From Planctomycetota bacterium (GTDB taxonomy: Bacteria > Planctomycetota > UBA11346), in the NCBI GenBank assembly GCA_038213805.1, contig JBBQSO010000014.1:1-64000 (forward strand): a DNA stretch of 64,000 bases, given 5' to 3'. This document shows, in pieces, positions 48,339 through 59,170 of the stretch; position 1 is the first letter of the stretch, and each line of letters begins with the position of its first letter. Under the pieces are notes generated by a model, which made no database searches, had not been told where the DNA came from, and saw only the letters and a program-made list of their open reading frames with translations. The position numbers and the translations under genes were made by a program.

Positions 48339-48356
48339 TATTAGCACGTACTAATA
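48339..48356. promoter_or_regulatory. AT-rich palindromic operator-like site
   Basis: TATTAGCACGTACTAATA, an 18-bp palindrome with one mismatched pair and a central CG, ~55 bp upstream of the ORF starting at 48283. Confidence 0.6.
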
Positions 48357-49131
48357 CTGCGGATTATGCTCGTTTCTCCACATCGTGAATGAGCCACGGT
48401 GCGCGCCGACGCCAAGCATGGGCGCCCGCATCACCGCCGCGCGGTACAGCGTGCACAGCGAGGCTGACCTTGCCCAGCAAGGTCTGGGCACATGGCGCCA
48501 GGCGCACCGGGATCGCACGGATGCTGTCCGGGTCCGGCGCTTCCGGCTGTTCGCGAAGGCTGCGGACGAACGCGCCTGGGATCAACGGAATGCTCGCCCT
48601 CGCAGATCGCGGCCACGGGAATCCCACTCCACCTCCTCCCCAGTGCCCACGTCAAACCACTGGCCGTGCTGGCGGTTGGCACTTGCGAGACTGACGTGTG
48701 GGAAGCTCTGCCGATGGTCGCTCGCAGGGTTCATCCTGGTGATGACCCGCACAAGGGCGACGACCGCGCTCGCGGTGATGGCAGCGGAAGCATCCGCTGA
48801 TCCACCGTGGCGGTCGCTGACCGTGACGATCACGATGGCGACACCAGCGCAGGCGTCAGCGCGGGAGGGAGCGCTGCCCGTGCCGGTACCGCCATCGCCG
48901 GAGGTCCGGGCGGAGGTCTGCGTGTCGCCAGCTCCATCGCTGGATTCGACGGTTCACGACGCCATCGGCCTGGATGCGCCTGCGCTCGTGGTCATCGCCG
49001 AACATGCGGCGCCAGGATTCTCATTCCGAATCCCGGCGGCCGCTGGGCCTTACGCCCCCGAAGGGCCACCACCGCACCTGGTGCAGCTCATGCTGGCCCA
49101 CTGATTCCGCGGCCGCGGTGGCTGGCCGCGC

Positions 49132-49902
49132 TCACTCCGCGACGGTCTGCAGCGTCCAGAAGTCGTCGGACAGGTCCGGATCGGTGAGGTAGCCGTAGGG
49201 CATCGTGAAATAGCCCTTCATGCCCCACTTGGGGCCCCAGGAATTGCGCACGATGAAGGCCTGCTTGCTCTCGTCGTAGCCGACCGCGAGTACGGCGTGG
49301 CCGCCCAGGGTCGCCTCCTTGGGGCCCGGCATCGAGACGACGCCGGTCTTGGCGACGGCGGCCGATTCGAAGCCCTCATAGACGGTGAAGCCGAAGACGA
49401 ACGGGAAGCCGCTGGCCAGGGTGCCCTTGAATTGCGAGAGCAGACGCGGCACGCGCTGGTAGGAGAGCAGTTTGTGCTTCTTCGCCTCGGCGTACACGGC
49501 GGCCGGGGGCTTCTGGGTGAACTTGCCGGGATTGGCGTCGCTGTAAGTCCACGCGGTCTCGGGCGGGGTGCCCAGGTTGTGCACCGACTTGACGCCATCG
49601 CGGATCATCGCGCCGCTGTCGGACGCGACGGTGTGCTCCATGTCGCGCTCGTTGTAATAGATGAACAGGCGCGATGGGGTGAAGACCTTCTTGGCCTTGG
49701 CCTTGAGCTGCGCGAATTCGAGCGCGCCGGCGATGGCGTTGGCGGTGCAGCTGCCGATCTGGCCCTGATCGTAGACGGTCTTCGGACACAGCTTGCGCAG
49801 GTCGACCTTGGCGGGCAGGGCGCGCATGATGGCGTGCGGCGCAGCATACAGCAGGTCGCGGTGATCGGGGAGGTCGGGAACCCAGCCATACTTGTTGGCC
49901 AT
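49132..49902 (-). CDS. Papain-family (C1A) cysteine peptidase, xylellain-like
   Basis: YGW.PDLPD.RD, VDLR, VYDQGQIGSCTANA (catalytic Cys), GGHAV (His), VRNSWG..WG..GYF (Asn). Confidence 0.95.
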   Translation of the reverse strand: MANKYGWVPDLPDHRDLLYAAPHAIMRALPAKVDLRKLCPKTVYDQGQIGSCTANAIAGALEFAQLKAKAKKVFTPSRLFIYYNERDMEHTVASDSGAMIRDGVKSVHNLGTPPETAWTYSDANPGKFTQKPPAAVYAEAKKHKLLSYQRVPRLLSQFKGTLASGFPFVFGFTVYEGFESAAVAKTGVVSMPGPKEATLGGHAVLAVGYDESKQAFIVRNSWGPKWGMKGYFTMPYGYLTDPDLSDDFWTLQTVAE

Positions 49903-50160
49903 GCGGTGTCTCCTTGACGGTGCGCCCCCGGGCGGGGACGGGTGATGGCGGAAGGGATCTGCCGCAGCGCGGCGGTGCGCGGCGGACTGCGTGAAGTACT
50001 GCGAATTCGGCCAGGAACCGGAAGCAGTTCCGACCAGTCGCGGAGTTTGCCGGCCGGGAAGAAGCGGTCCACTACAGAGGGCGGCTGTCGTGGAACCAAC
50101 CGGACCGCCGCCTGCCGCAGCGCACGGTCAGATTGCTCTCGCCTCCCACTGCACACGCAA

Positions 50161-50197
50161 GCGACTCACGCGTCCCGGGACTTCCGGACTTCCGGAC
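50161..50197. repeat. Single arm of the CCGGACTT octamer element
   Basis: GCGACTCACGCGTCCCGGGACTTCCGGACTTCCGGAC. Its reverse complement matches 53677-53705 beyond the octamers. Confidence 0.8.
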
Positions 50198-50204
50198 CCT
50201 CCCG

Positions 50205-50963
50205 CTAGTGCACGCTGCCACCGCGCACCACCAACGGCTCGAGCGCTTTTTCCGCCGGCACGTGCGGACAGCCCGCCGGGTAGGCGCCGCCCTCGGGGCG
50301 CGCCCAGGCCACCGCGTTGCGCAGCAGCTGCTGCACCAGCGGATGGTGGTAGGTCGGATACGCCTCGTGGCCGGGGCGGAAGTAGAAGATCTTTCCCGCA
50401 CCGCGCCGGTAGGTCACGCCGGAGCGGAAGGCCTCGCCGCCCTGGAACCACGACAGCAGGACCACCTCGTCGGGATTGGGGATGCCGAACGGCTCGCCGT
50501 ACATCTCCTCCTGCTCGATGTCGAGGTGCGTGCCAGGCAATCCGCGCACGATGGCGTGGCCGGGGTTGCAGAACCACAGGCGCTCGCGCTCGCCGGCCTC
50601 GCGCCAGCTGAGGTCGCAGCTGGTGCCCATCAGACGCTTGAAGATCTTGGAGTGGTGGCCGCTGTGCAGGACGATCAGGCCCATGCCGTCGAGCACGCGC
50701 CGCTGCACGCGTTCGACGACCGCATCCGCGACCTCGCCGTGGGCGGCGTGGCCCCACCAGGTCAGCACATCGGTCGCGGCGAGGCGCGCGTCGGTCAAAC
50801 CGTGCTCCGGCTCCTGCAGAGTGGCCGTGGTGGCCTTGATGCCAGGATCGGCGTTGAGCGCCGCGGCGAGTGCGCCGTGCAGGCCTTGCGGATAGATGCT
50901 CGCCACCAGCGGCACCCGCTGCTCGTGGACGTTCTCGCCCCACACGGTGACGCGGATGGTCAT
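50205..50963 (-). CDS. thuA: ThuA-family (trehalose utilisation) protein
   Basis: IRVTVW.EN.HE, IYP.G.H, EHGL, WWGH.AH, LHSGH.SKIFK.LMGT.C.L.WRE, EEMYGE.F, FRPGHE.YP. Confidence 0.9.
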   Translation of the reverse strand: MTIRVTVWGENVHEQRVPLVASIYPQGLHGALAAALNADPGIKATTATLQEPEHGLTDARLAATDVLTWWGHAAHGEVADAVVERVQRRVLDGMGLIVLHSGHHSKIFKRLMGTSCDLSWREAGERERLWFCNPGHAIVRGLPGTHLDIEQEEMYGEPFGIPNPDEVVLLSWFQGGEAFRSGVTYRRGAGKIFYFRPGHEAYPTYHHPLVQQLLRNAVAWARPEGGAYPAGCPHVPAEKALEPLVVRGGSVH

Positions 50964-51997
50964 GGGCTCTCCTTGCTGGTGCGCGCGGCGCGCGGCGCGC
51001 GGGTGGTGGCGCGCGGCACCAGCACCACGGGCAGCTCGAGCGCGGCGACGCTCGGCGCCTTGCCGGCGGTGGGGCGGTGGAGCAGGGTGGCGATCGACTG
51101 CGCCGCCCACGCGCCAAACTCGCCCATCGGCTGGCGGATGGTGGACAGCCCGATGATGTCCATCAGCGGCTGGTCATCGAAACCGATCACCTGCACATCG
51201 CGCGGCACCTGGTGGCCGCGCGCGCGCAGCTCCTCGAGCACGCCAACCGCGATCATGTCATTGACGCAGACGATGCCATCGACTTGCGGGTGCTGGTCGA
51301 GCAGCGCCGCGGCCGTGGCGCGCCCCGCCTCCGGGGTGATGGCGTCGGCGCGCAGCTGTGGGGCCTGGCTGCCGGCCACCGCCACGAAGCCCTCCTCGCG
51401 GTCGAGGAAGGACTGGGTCTCGGCCGAACCGGTGATCAGCGCCAGCGCCTTGCTGCCGCCGCGCTGCAGGTAGCGCGCGGCGCGTGTGCCGGCAGCGACG
51501 TTGTCGATGGTGACCGAAGGCACCCCGGGCAGCGCGTACTCGACGCTCACCACCGGGATGCCCATCTGCTGGAGCTGCGCGACGCGCTCCGCGGTGATGC
51601 CCATGCTGCACAGCACCAGGCCCTCGCAGGCGTGCTCGCGCACCAGGCGGTCGAGGACGCGGTTCTTGTCGTCGCGGTCCTGGATGTTGTAGAGCACGAA
51701 ATCGAGATCGGCCGCGGCCAAGCCGAGCGACAGCGGCTTCGACACCGAAAAGTAGAAACTGGCGCTGAAGAACGGCATCAGCGCGGCGACGCGCTGGCGG
51801 TTGGGTCCGCGCACCGCCAAGCGGCGCGCCGCGCGGTTGGGTCGGAAGCCCAGCTCGACCATGGCGCGCTGCACCGAGAGGCGCGTGGCGCTGGCCACGC
51901 GTTCGCTGCCATTGAGCACGCGACTGACCGTGGCGATGCCGACGCCGGCGCGTTTGGCGATGTCATAGATGGTCGGGTCGCCGAGCATGGACGCCAC
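50960..51997 (-). CDS. LacI-family transcriptional regulator
   Basis: [31 protein letters not shown] hinge, VP.DV.VIGFDD, LSTIRQP. The start may be 51988. Confidence 0.95.
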   Translation of the reverse strand: MASMLGDPTIYDIAKRAGVGIATVSRVLNGSERVASATRLSVQRAMVELGFRPNRAARRLAVRGPNRQRVAALMPFFSASFYFSVSKPLSLGLAAADLDFVLYNIQDRDDKNRVLDRLVREHACEGLVLCSMGITAERVAQLQQMGIPVVSVEYALPGVPSVTIDNVAAGTRAARYLQRGGSKALALITGSAETQSFLDREEGFVAVAGSQAPQLRADAITPEAGRATAAALLDQHPQVDGIVCVNDMIAVGVLEELRARGHQVPRDVQVIGFDDQPLMDIIGLSTIRQPMGEFGAWAAQSIATLLHRPTAGKAPSVAALELPVVLVPRATTRAPRAARTSKESP

Positions 51998-52021
51998 GGT
52001 CGTACGGACCGGGACGGGGTC

Positions 52022-52035
52022 GGCAACCGCTCTCG
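52022..52035. promoter_or_regulatory. Possible LacI-type autoregulatory operator
   Basis: GGCAACCGCTCTCG resembles GNAANCGNTTNC and lies immediately upstream of the LacI gene. Confidence 0.3.
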
Positions 52036-52040
52036 TCGCT

Positions 52041-52424
52041 CTAGAGCTCGCGCAGGCGCGGCAGGAGCAGGATCACGCCCAACACCGCCATGGTCACCTC
52101 GAGCGGGAAGATGTACCAGGCGTTGCCGCCGGGCTCGGACTGGGTCAGGAAGGCGGCGCTGCGGAAGAGCACGATGCCCACGTAGGTGCAGGCCGCGACC
52201 AGCAGGCCGGCGGTCTGCAGGCCGGGGCGCCACGCCGCGAGCGCGAAGATCACCGCCAGTCCGAACTCAAGGCCACCGTAGACCGCGAAGTACTCGCTGC
52301 GCCCGGCGCCCCCCACCGGCTGCAGGCCGACGAAGGCCGCGGTCTGCGCCGGTTGGATGACGCACCACACCGCGAACACCAGGTAGATGACGGCGTTGAC
52401 GGCGAGGTAGATGGTGGCGGTCAT
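52041..52424 (-). CDS. Small four-TM membrane protein (DUF4345-like)
   Basis: Four hydrophobic segments. SE..AVYGGLE.G motif. Confidence 0.75.
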   Translation of the reverse strand: MTATIYLAVNAVIYLVFAVWCVIQPAQTAAFVGLQPVGGAGRSEYFAVYGGLEFGLAVIFALAAWRPGLQTAGLLVAACTYVGIVLFRSAAFLTQSEPGGNAWYIFPLEVTMAVLGVILLLPRLREL

Positions 52425-52621
52425 GGCGAAAACCTAGGACCCCGACGACGGGGCGCGAGAGGCTTTCCGGGATCTTCCGGCAGCCGCGCCAGCGCCTGCT
52501 GCACGCGGCAGCGCCCGCGCCGCCCAGGTCGCCCTTGCCCCCGCACTGTGCGCTTCCACAGTCGGCTCCGGGTTCCGCCGCGCGCGCGGCAGGCACATTT
52601 CCCCCGCGCTCCGGAGCGTCC

Positions 52622-53631
<1,010 letters not shown>

Positions 53632-53635
<4 letters not shown>

Positions 53636-55440
53636 GGAGCGGCTGCGCCGCGGTCCGGAAGTCCGGAGGTCCGGCAGTCCGGAAGTCCCGTGACGCGCGG
53701 GTCGCGACCGCGCCCCGATGCGACGGACCGCCCCCAGGAACGGATTGGCCGCGGCCCCGGACTGCCGGACTTCCGGATTTCCGGACTTCCGGACTCGTGC
53801 ACGCCGCCTGCGCGCTCCTGATCCTGCTCACCAGCGCCGTCGCCGTGAACGCCGAAGAGGACCTCGCCGTCACCGTCGCGACCTCATGGCTGGATGGCCA
53901 CGGCTATACGCCGCTGATCATCACCATCGCCGCGCGCATCGAAGCCGATGTCACCCTTGAGGCGACATGCGGCTCCATGCATGCCCGCCTCGCGACGCAC
54001 GTGACACCAGGTGGGCCGGCGCGCCGCACCCTGCTGCTGCCCGCACAGGGCAGCGACTACCTGCCGGGTGGCGAGCTCACGTGGAATGACGGGCACGGCC
54101 ATGCCGGCACGGCGGCATTCAATGGCGGCAGCGCGCGCGGGCAGTCCGATCTCTCCCTCGCGGTCATCGACCCGGGTGAGGAACTGCACCTGCCGGCGCT
54201 CGTTGAAGCCCTCGAGAAGGGCAGCGGTGTTAACACGCGCAGCTTGCAGCGCATCGCCCCCGATCTGCTGCCGGAGCGCTGGCAGGGCTATCCCTCGTGG
54301 CTGACGGTCTGCCTGACCCCGGGCGGCGAGGCCGCGCTCGGAAGCGCCCAGCGCGCCGCGCTGGTGCTGTGGACGCAGGCGGGCGGCGCGGTCTTCGTCA
54401 CCACTCCGGCCCAGGTGGCGCGCTGGGCGAAGGACGGGGTGGCGGCGACGCCCGTCGACACCGCCGACGCCGCGCAGGTGCGCGCGCTGCATGAGCGCAT
54501 CGCCGCCGCCGGCGAGGGCGGCGGGCTGCTCGACCGCCTGTCCGTGCCCGGCACCGAGAACGTGCCGGTGGCCGGCTTCTTCATCCTCGCCATCGGCTTC
54601 GCGCTGGTCGCGGGCCCGCTCAACCTGTGGTGGGCGCGGCGCCGCAACGCGCGGCACTTGTTGCTGCTCAGCACCCCGCTGCTGAGCGCCGCGACCTGCC
54701 TGGTGCTGCTGGTGGTGAGCATGCTCCACGACGGCCTGGGGGTGCGCCGCAGCGTCATCCAGGCGACCTGCCTGGACCTGCGCAGCGGCCGCGCCGTGAC
54801 CTGGACCGCCTGCACCTATTTCGCCGCCTTCGCACGCAGCAGCACGCTGCTCGACCAGGACGCGCGGCTCGAGCGCATCGACTTGGAGGACTCGTCGGAG
54901 CGCTATGGCCGGCGCGAGCTGCCGCTTAGCGTTGACTGGCGCGCGGGCCAGCTGCTGAGCGGTGACCTGGTGCCGGCACGCCGCAACCGCACGCTGATCT
55001 GGGTCGAGCCGCGGCCCGACCGGCGGCGCATCGCGATCAGCGCCGCGGGCGACGGCTGGACGGTCGGCAACGGTCTGGGCGCGACCATCACCGCGGTGGT
55101 GTGGTTCGATGCACATGGCCAGCCGTGGCGCGCGGACGGCCTTGCCGATGGCCAGCGCAAGCCGCTGGAGCGCATGCCGCGCAATCCCTCGGGCAACGAC
55201 TGGCGCCAGTACCCGCCCGCCGCACTGGCCCCCGGTGCCCGCCTGCACCAGGGTTTCCTCGGCCACAGCCACCGTCAGATGGCGCTGCGCCTGGCCGAGG
55301 CGCCCGGGGCCTTCGTCGCGCTGCTCGACCGGCCGTTCGCGGCCGTGCCCGGCCCGGATGGCAGCGAGGCGCAGGCGGTGCAATCCACGGTGTTCGGCAC
55401 CTGCCTGCCGGACCCGGCCCCCGCCGCGGGAGGGCGCTGA
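53632..55440 (+). CDS. Membrane-anchored hypothetical protein of the MoxR/ABC operon
   Basis: In-frame GTG at 53632 overlaps the moxR stop (alternative GTG at 53797). Signal peptide, LPERWQGY, and two TMs around GPLNLWW. Confidence 0.8.
53653..53794. repeat. Second palindromic CCGGACTT-octamer element
   Basis: GTCCGGAA-type octamers at 53653-53687 face CCGGACTT-type octamers at 53757-53794. Confidence 0.9.
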
Positions 55441-55441
55441 G

Positions 55442-56413
55442 ATGGCCTTCGTCGAGGTCCGCAACCTGACCCGCACCTTCGGCGCCGTGCACGCGGTGCG
55501 CGACATCGGCTTCAGCTTCGAGCGCGGCGACATCTTCGGCTTCATCGGCCCCAATGGCGCCGGCAAGTCGACGACCATGCGCATCCTCGCCAGCCTCGAC
55601 CTGCCGAGCAGCGGCGACTGCACCGTCGCAGGGCTGAGCACGGTCGACGACGCCGCCGAGGTGCGCCGCATGATCGGCTACATGCCGGACAGCTACGGCA
55701 CCTACCCGAACATGGCGGTGCGCGAGTACCTCGACTTCTTCGCGCGCGCCTACGGTCTGGACCCGGCCCGCCGCCGCCGCGCGGTCGCGGACGTGGTCGC
55801 CTTCTGCCAGCTCGGGGCGCTCGCCGACAAGCTCATCACCACGTTGTCGAAGGGCATGAAGCAGCGCCTGTGCCTGGGGCGCTGCCTGATCCACGACCCG
55901 CAGCTGCTCATCCTCGACGAACCCAGCGCTGGCCTCGATCCGCGCGCGCGCATCGAGTTCCGCGAGCTGCTGCGCCTGCTCGCCGGGCAGGGCAAGGCGA
56001 TCTTCATCAGCAGCCACATCCTCGCCGAACTTGAGGAGCTGTGCAGCGGCGTGGCGATCATCGAGCAGGGCCAGCTGGTGCGCACCGGGCGCGTCGCCGA
56101 GATCAAGGCCAGCGTCGCCGCCGCGGTCGCCGAGCGTGGCGAGGCCAGCGCCGACGCCCAGGGCGTGATCATCGAACTGCGCCTGGCCACCGCCCACGAC
56201 GCGCTGGCGCGCGTGCTGGCCGAGCAGCCCGAGCTCGCCGAGGTACGCATCGACAACCTGCTGGTCACCGCGCGCGTGCGCGGCGGCGGCGCGGTCCAGG
56301 CCGCGCTGCTGCGCCGCTTGGTCGAAGCCGGCCTGCCGATCTGCCGCTATGCGACCCGCGAGCAGAACCTTGAGGACCTGTTCCTCCATCTGACGGAAGG
56401 GAAGGTGCAATGA
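55442..56413 (+). CDS. ABC transporter ATP-binding protein (ABC-2 type)
   Basis: GPNGAGKST, LSKGMKQR, LLILDEP.AGLDP, SSH.L. Confidence 0.95.
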   Translation: MAFVEVRNLTRTFGAVHAVRDIGFSFERGDIFGFIGPNGAGKSTTMRILASLDLPSSGDCTVAGLSTVDDAAEVRRMIGYMPDSYGTYPNMAVREYLDFFARAYGLDPARRRRAVADVVAFCQLGALADKLITTLSKGMKQRLCLGRCLIHDPQLLILDEPSAGLDPRARIEFRELLRLLAGQGKAIFISSHILAELEELCSGVAIIEQGQLVRTGRVAEIKASVAAAVAERGEASADAQGVIIELRLATAHDALARVLAEQPELAEVRIDNLLVTARVRGGGAVQAALLRRLVEAGLPICRYATREQNLEDLFLHLTEGKVQ

Positions 56414-58008
56414 CCACTCCCGGCGCAGCGGCTGGCGGCGGCACACCCGCGGCGAGCGTCCGGCGTGGCCCGGCAGGACGGCTCCTGGCCTTGATCGCCG
56501 ACCGCGCTAATCCCATGCTGGTGCGCTGCGTCCGCCAGGAACTGCGTAGCCGCACCTTCATCAGCGTCTACCTGCTGCTGCTCGCGGTCGCGACCCTGGC
56601 CGCGACCTTCGCGGCGGGCTGGGCCGACGCCGGGCAGGACCAACGCGCCGGGCAGGGGCTGTTCGGCATCCTCGCCTGGGCGTGGAGCTTCGTGGTCGCG
56701 GTACAGGCGCTCGGCACCTACTCCGCGGTCACGCGCGAGCGCAACGAAGACACCTGGGACCTGGTCGACCTGACCGGCATGCGGCCAGGACAGGTGCTGC
56801 GCGGCCTGCTGCTCGCCAACCTCGCGCACGGGCAGCTCTACACCGCCGCCCTGGCGCCCTTCCTGGCGATGTCCTATCTGCTGCGTGGCCTCGACCTGAT
56901 GACCATCGCCTTCGCCCTGGTGGCGATCCCGCTGGCCGGCATCGCCGCCTCGACCCTGGCGGTGTTCTGCGCCTGCCTGGGCAACAACAAGGGCAGCCGT
57001 GCCTTTCTCGGCGGCCTGCTCGGCCTGTTCCTGACAGGCTGCTGGTGGGTAAGCGGCTATATGTGGACGGGTGGTCAGTCGGCGATCGACGCGGCGATCG
57101 GCGGCCTGCGCGACGGCCAGGCCGACGCCTGGCTGGCCCTGGGCATGCTGGCCAACGCCTGGGCAGCCTTCGTGATCCTGATGCTGGTGCTCAGCGGCGC
57201 GCTGCTCACCCACCGCGCCGGCGACCGCTCGGGCGGTCCACGCCTGATCTGGTTCCTGCTCTGGCTCGACCTCACGCTGTGGCTGCTGGTCGTGACCTGG
57301 CGCAACGCCGCGACGGGGCGCAGCTTCCTGTGGACCTCGCTGTCCGAACCGCTGCTGACCAGCGGCCTGATCGGCGTGGTCTGGGCCGCGGCGCTGGGCC
57401 TCTTCAGCGTCAGCGAGGACTATGAACTATCGCCGCGCCAGGCGCGCGCGATCACCGCGGCGCGCGGCTGGCGGCGCCCGCTGACGCCGCTGCTCGGGCC
57501 GGGCGCGGCGCGCGGCCGCCTGGCGTTCTGCGCCTTCACCGCGCTTGCGCTGCTCCTCAGCGGCATCGGCGCGGCCTGCGACAGCGGCGACAGCGGCTTC
57601 GCATGGATGCTCGCCAGCGCGCTCATCGCCGGCCACGCGTCGCTGATCCTGTGGACCACCGATCTGATCTACCGCGGTCCGCTGGCGCGCTGGCTGGACA
57701 CCCCGCTGCTGCGCCGCGGCTTCCTGCTGGTGATGGTCGCGGTGTGGAGCCTGGGCCCGGTGCTGGCGGCGCTGGTCTTCGACACCGGCCACGTCGAAAA
57801 GAGCTGGCTGGCGACGCTCAGCCCGTTCTGGGGGGCGGCGCAGATCCTCGACCGCCACGGCAGTGATATCAACCCCTTCGACGTCGCCGTCCCCGTGCTT
57901 GGCGGACTCGCGGCGTGGCTGGTGCTGCTCATCCAAGGCATCCGCCTGACCATCATCACGCGCCGCGTCCAGGCGCGCGGCGACGACGCCAATCCGCGGG
58001 GCGGCTGA
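56410..58008 (+). CDS. ABC-2-type permease-like multi-pass membrane protein
   Basis: NPMLVR.VRQ.LRSR.F and ER.E.TWDL..LT motifs, with many TM segments. Confidence 0.8.
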   Translation: MTTPGAAAGGGTPAASVRRGPAGRLLALIADRANPMLVRCVRQELRSRTFISVYLLLLAVATLAATFAAGWADAGQDQRAGQGLFGILAWAWSFVVAVQALGTYSAVTRERNEDTWDLVDLTGMRPGQVLRGLLLANLAHGQLYTAALAPFLAMSYLLRGLDLMTIAFALVAIPLAGIAASTLAVFCACLGNNKGSRAFLGGLLGLFLTGCWWVSGYMWTGGQSAIDAAIGGLRDGQADAWLALGMLANAWAAFVILMLVLSGALLTHRAGDRSGGPRLIWFLLWLDLTLWLLVVTWRNAATGRSFLWTSLSEPLLTSGLIGVVWAAALGLFSVSEDYELSPRQARAITAARGWRRPLTPLLGPGAARGRLAFCAFTALALLLSGIGAACDSGDSGFAWMLASALIAGHASLILWTTDLIYRGPLARWLDTPLLRRGFLLVMVAVWSLGPVLAALVFDTGHVEKSWLATLSPFWGAAQILDRHGSDINPFDVAVPVLGGLAAWLVLLIQGIRLTIITRRVQARGDDANPRGG

Positions 58009-58009
58009 G

Positions 58010-58855
58010 GTGCCGGCCTGGGACGAGGCCGGCGTCGCAGCCGCCGCGCGCCGCCTGCGCCTGTCCGCCGATCCGCGCCGCCGCCGCCACGGCAGTGGCA
58101 CGCGGCTCGGCTCCGGCCCGGGCGCGAGCCTGGAATTCCACGACCACCGCGCCTTCGTGCCAGGCGACGACCTGCGCCATGTCGACTGGGGGGTGTACGC
58201 GCGCAGCGATCAGTTGGTGTTGCGCCGGCACCGCCAGGAGGTCAGCCCGCGCGTCGAGATCGTGCTCGACGGCTCGGCGAGCATGGCCATCAGCCCAGCC
58301 AAGAGCGCGCTGGCCACCGCGCTGGCAGCGCTGCTCACCACCCTCGCCGAGGCCGATGGCGCGCGCCCGCTGCTGTGGTGGCTGGGCGCCGGCACGCGTC
58401 GCCTCGGCCCTGACTGGCGCGCCGCGCTGCGCGACCAGCAGCCGGCCGGCCAGACCGGCCTGGAGGCGCGCCCGCTGCCGCCGTTCGCCGCCGGCGGCGA
58501 CCGCATCCTGGTTTCCGACGGTCTATGCCCGGCCGGTGGGGCGCAGGCGGTGCGCGCGCTCGGCCAAGGCGCCGGGCGCATCTGCATGCTGCAAATTCTG
58601 ACCCGCGATGAGCGCGAGCCGGCAGCGTCCGGCGCGGTGCGCCTGCACGATGTCGAGGGCGGCGAGAGCGACGTGCTGCTCGATGGCGCCGCCTGCGCCG
58701 CCTACCGCCTGCGCCTCGCCCGCCACCAGGGCGAGTGGCAGGCCGCCCTCGCCGGCCGCGGTGCCGGACTGATCACCTGCGCCGCCGAGGATGGCCTGGA
58801 AGCCGCGCTGCGCGCATTGCTCGCCGCTGGCGTGCTCGAGGCGCGCGCCGGATGA
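58010..58855 (+). CDS. DUF58 (VWA-like) MoxR-associated protein
   Basis: G.SLEF.DHR.F.PGDDLRHVDW.VYARSD.L, LDGSASM, LVSD. Confidence 0.92.
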   Translation: MPAWDEAGVAAAARRLRLSADPRRRRHGSGTRLGSGPGASLEFHDHRAFVPGDDLRHVDWGVYARSDQLVLRRHRQEVSPRVEIVLDGSASMAISPAKSALATALAALLTTLAEADGARPLLWWLGAGTRRLGPDWRAALRDQQPAGQTGLEARPLPPFAAGGDRILVSDGLCPAGGAQAVRALGQGAGRICMLQILTRDEREPAASGAVRLHDVEGGESDVLLDGAACAAYRLRLARHQGEWQAALAGRGAGLITCAAEDGLEAALRALLAAGVLEARAG

Positions 58856-58909
58856 TGCGGACGCGGATGGTCAGCGGCGATACGCGTGGGAGAGAAAATG
58901 CGGACAGCC

Positions 58910-59135
58910 GATCGAACATGAGACGCGGAGACGCGGAGATCGGATGAGGACGGCGGGAAGGGTGACTGCCGACGTGCAGACGGCCGAGCGCTCCACTCGC
59001 TGGCGGCTCAGAGGTCGAAGCTCGCGCGCGCCATCAGCGGCTTCGAGCCAGCAGTCCGTTTCCGGTCCGCTAAACTTCCATCCTTCCTTCTTTCCCCTCC
59101 TCCGATCTCCGCAGCTCCGCGCCTCCTGTTCGATC
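58910..59135. repeat. 226-bp element bounded by imperfect ~40-bp inverted repeats (MITE/REPIN-like)
   Basis: Left arm GATCGAACATGAGACGCGGAGACGCGGAGATCGGATGAGG versus reverse complement of the right arm GATCGAACAGGAGGCGCGGAGCTGCGGAGATCGGAGGAGG. Lies between convergent genes. Confidence 0.8.
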
Positions 59136-59170
59136 CCTCCCGCAGCACCCTGATCAGCGCAACCACCCGG

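Noticed and set aside
48385..49104. 239-aa ORF ending in PEGPPPHL, and an opposite-strand fragment resembling a regulator C-terminus
   Set aside because: Weak codon bias and no recognisable domain. Probably debris, so not called as a CDS.
49990..50040. SRP RNA-like motif (CCAGG...GGAAGCAG)
   Set aside because: Only a partial match, with no convincing enclosing long stem. An Rfam/Infernal search would settle it.
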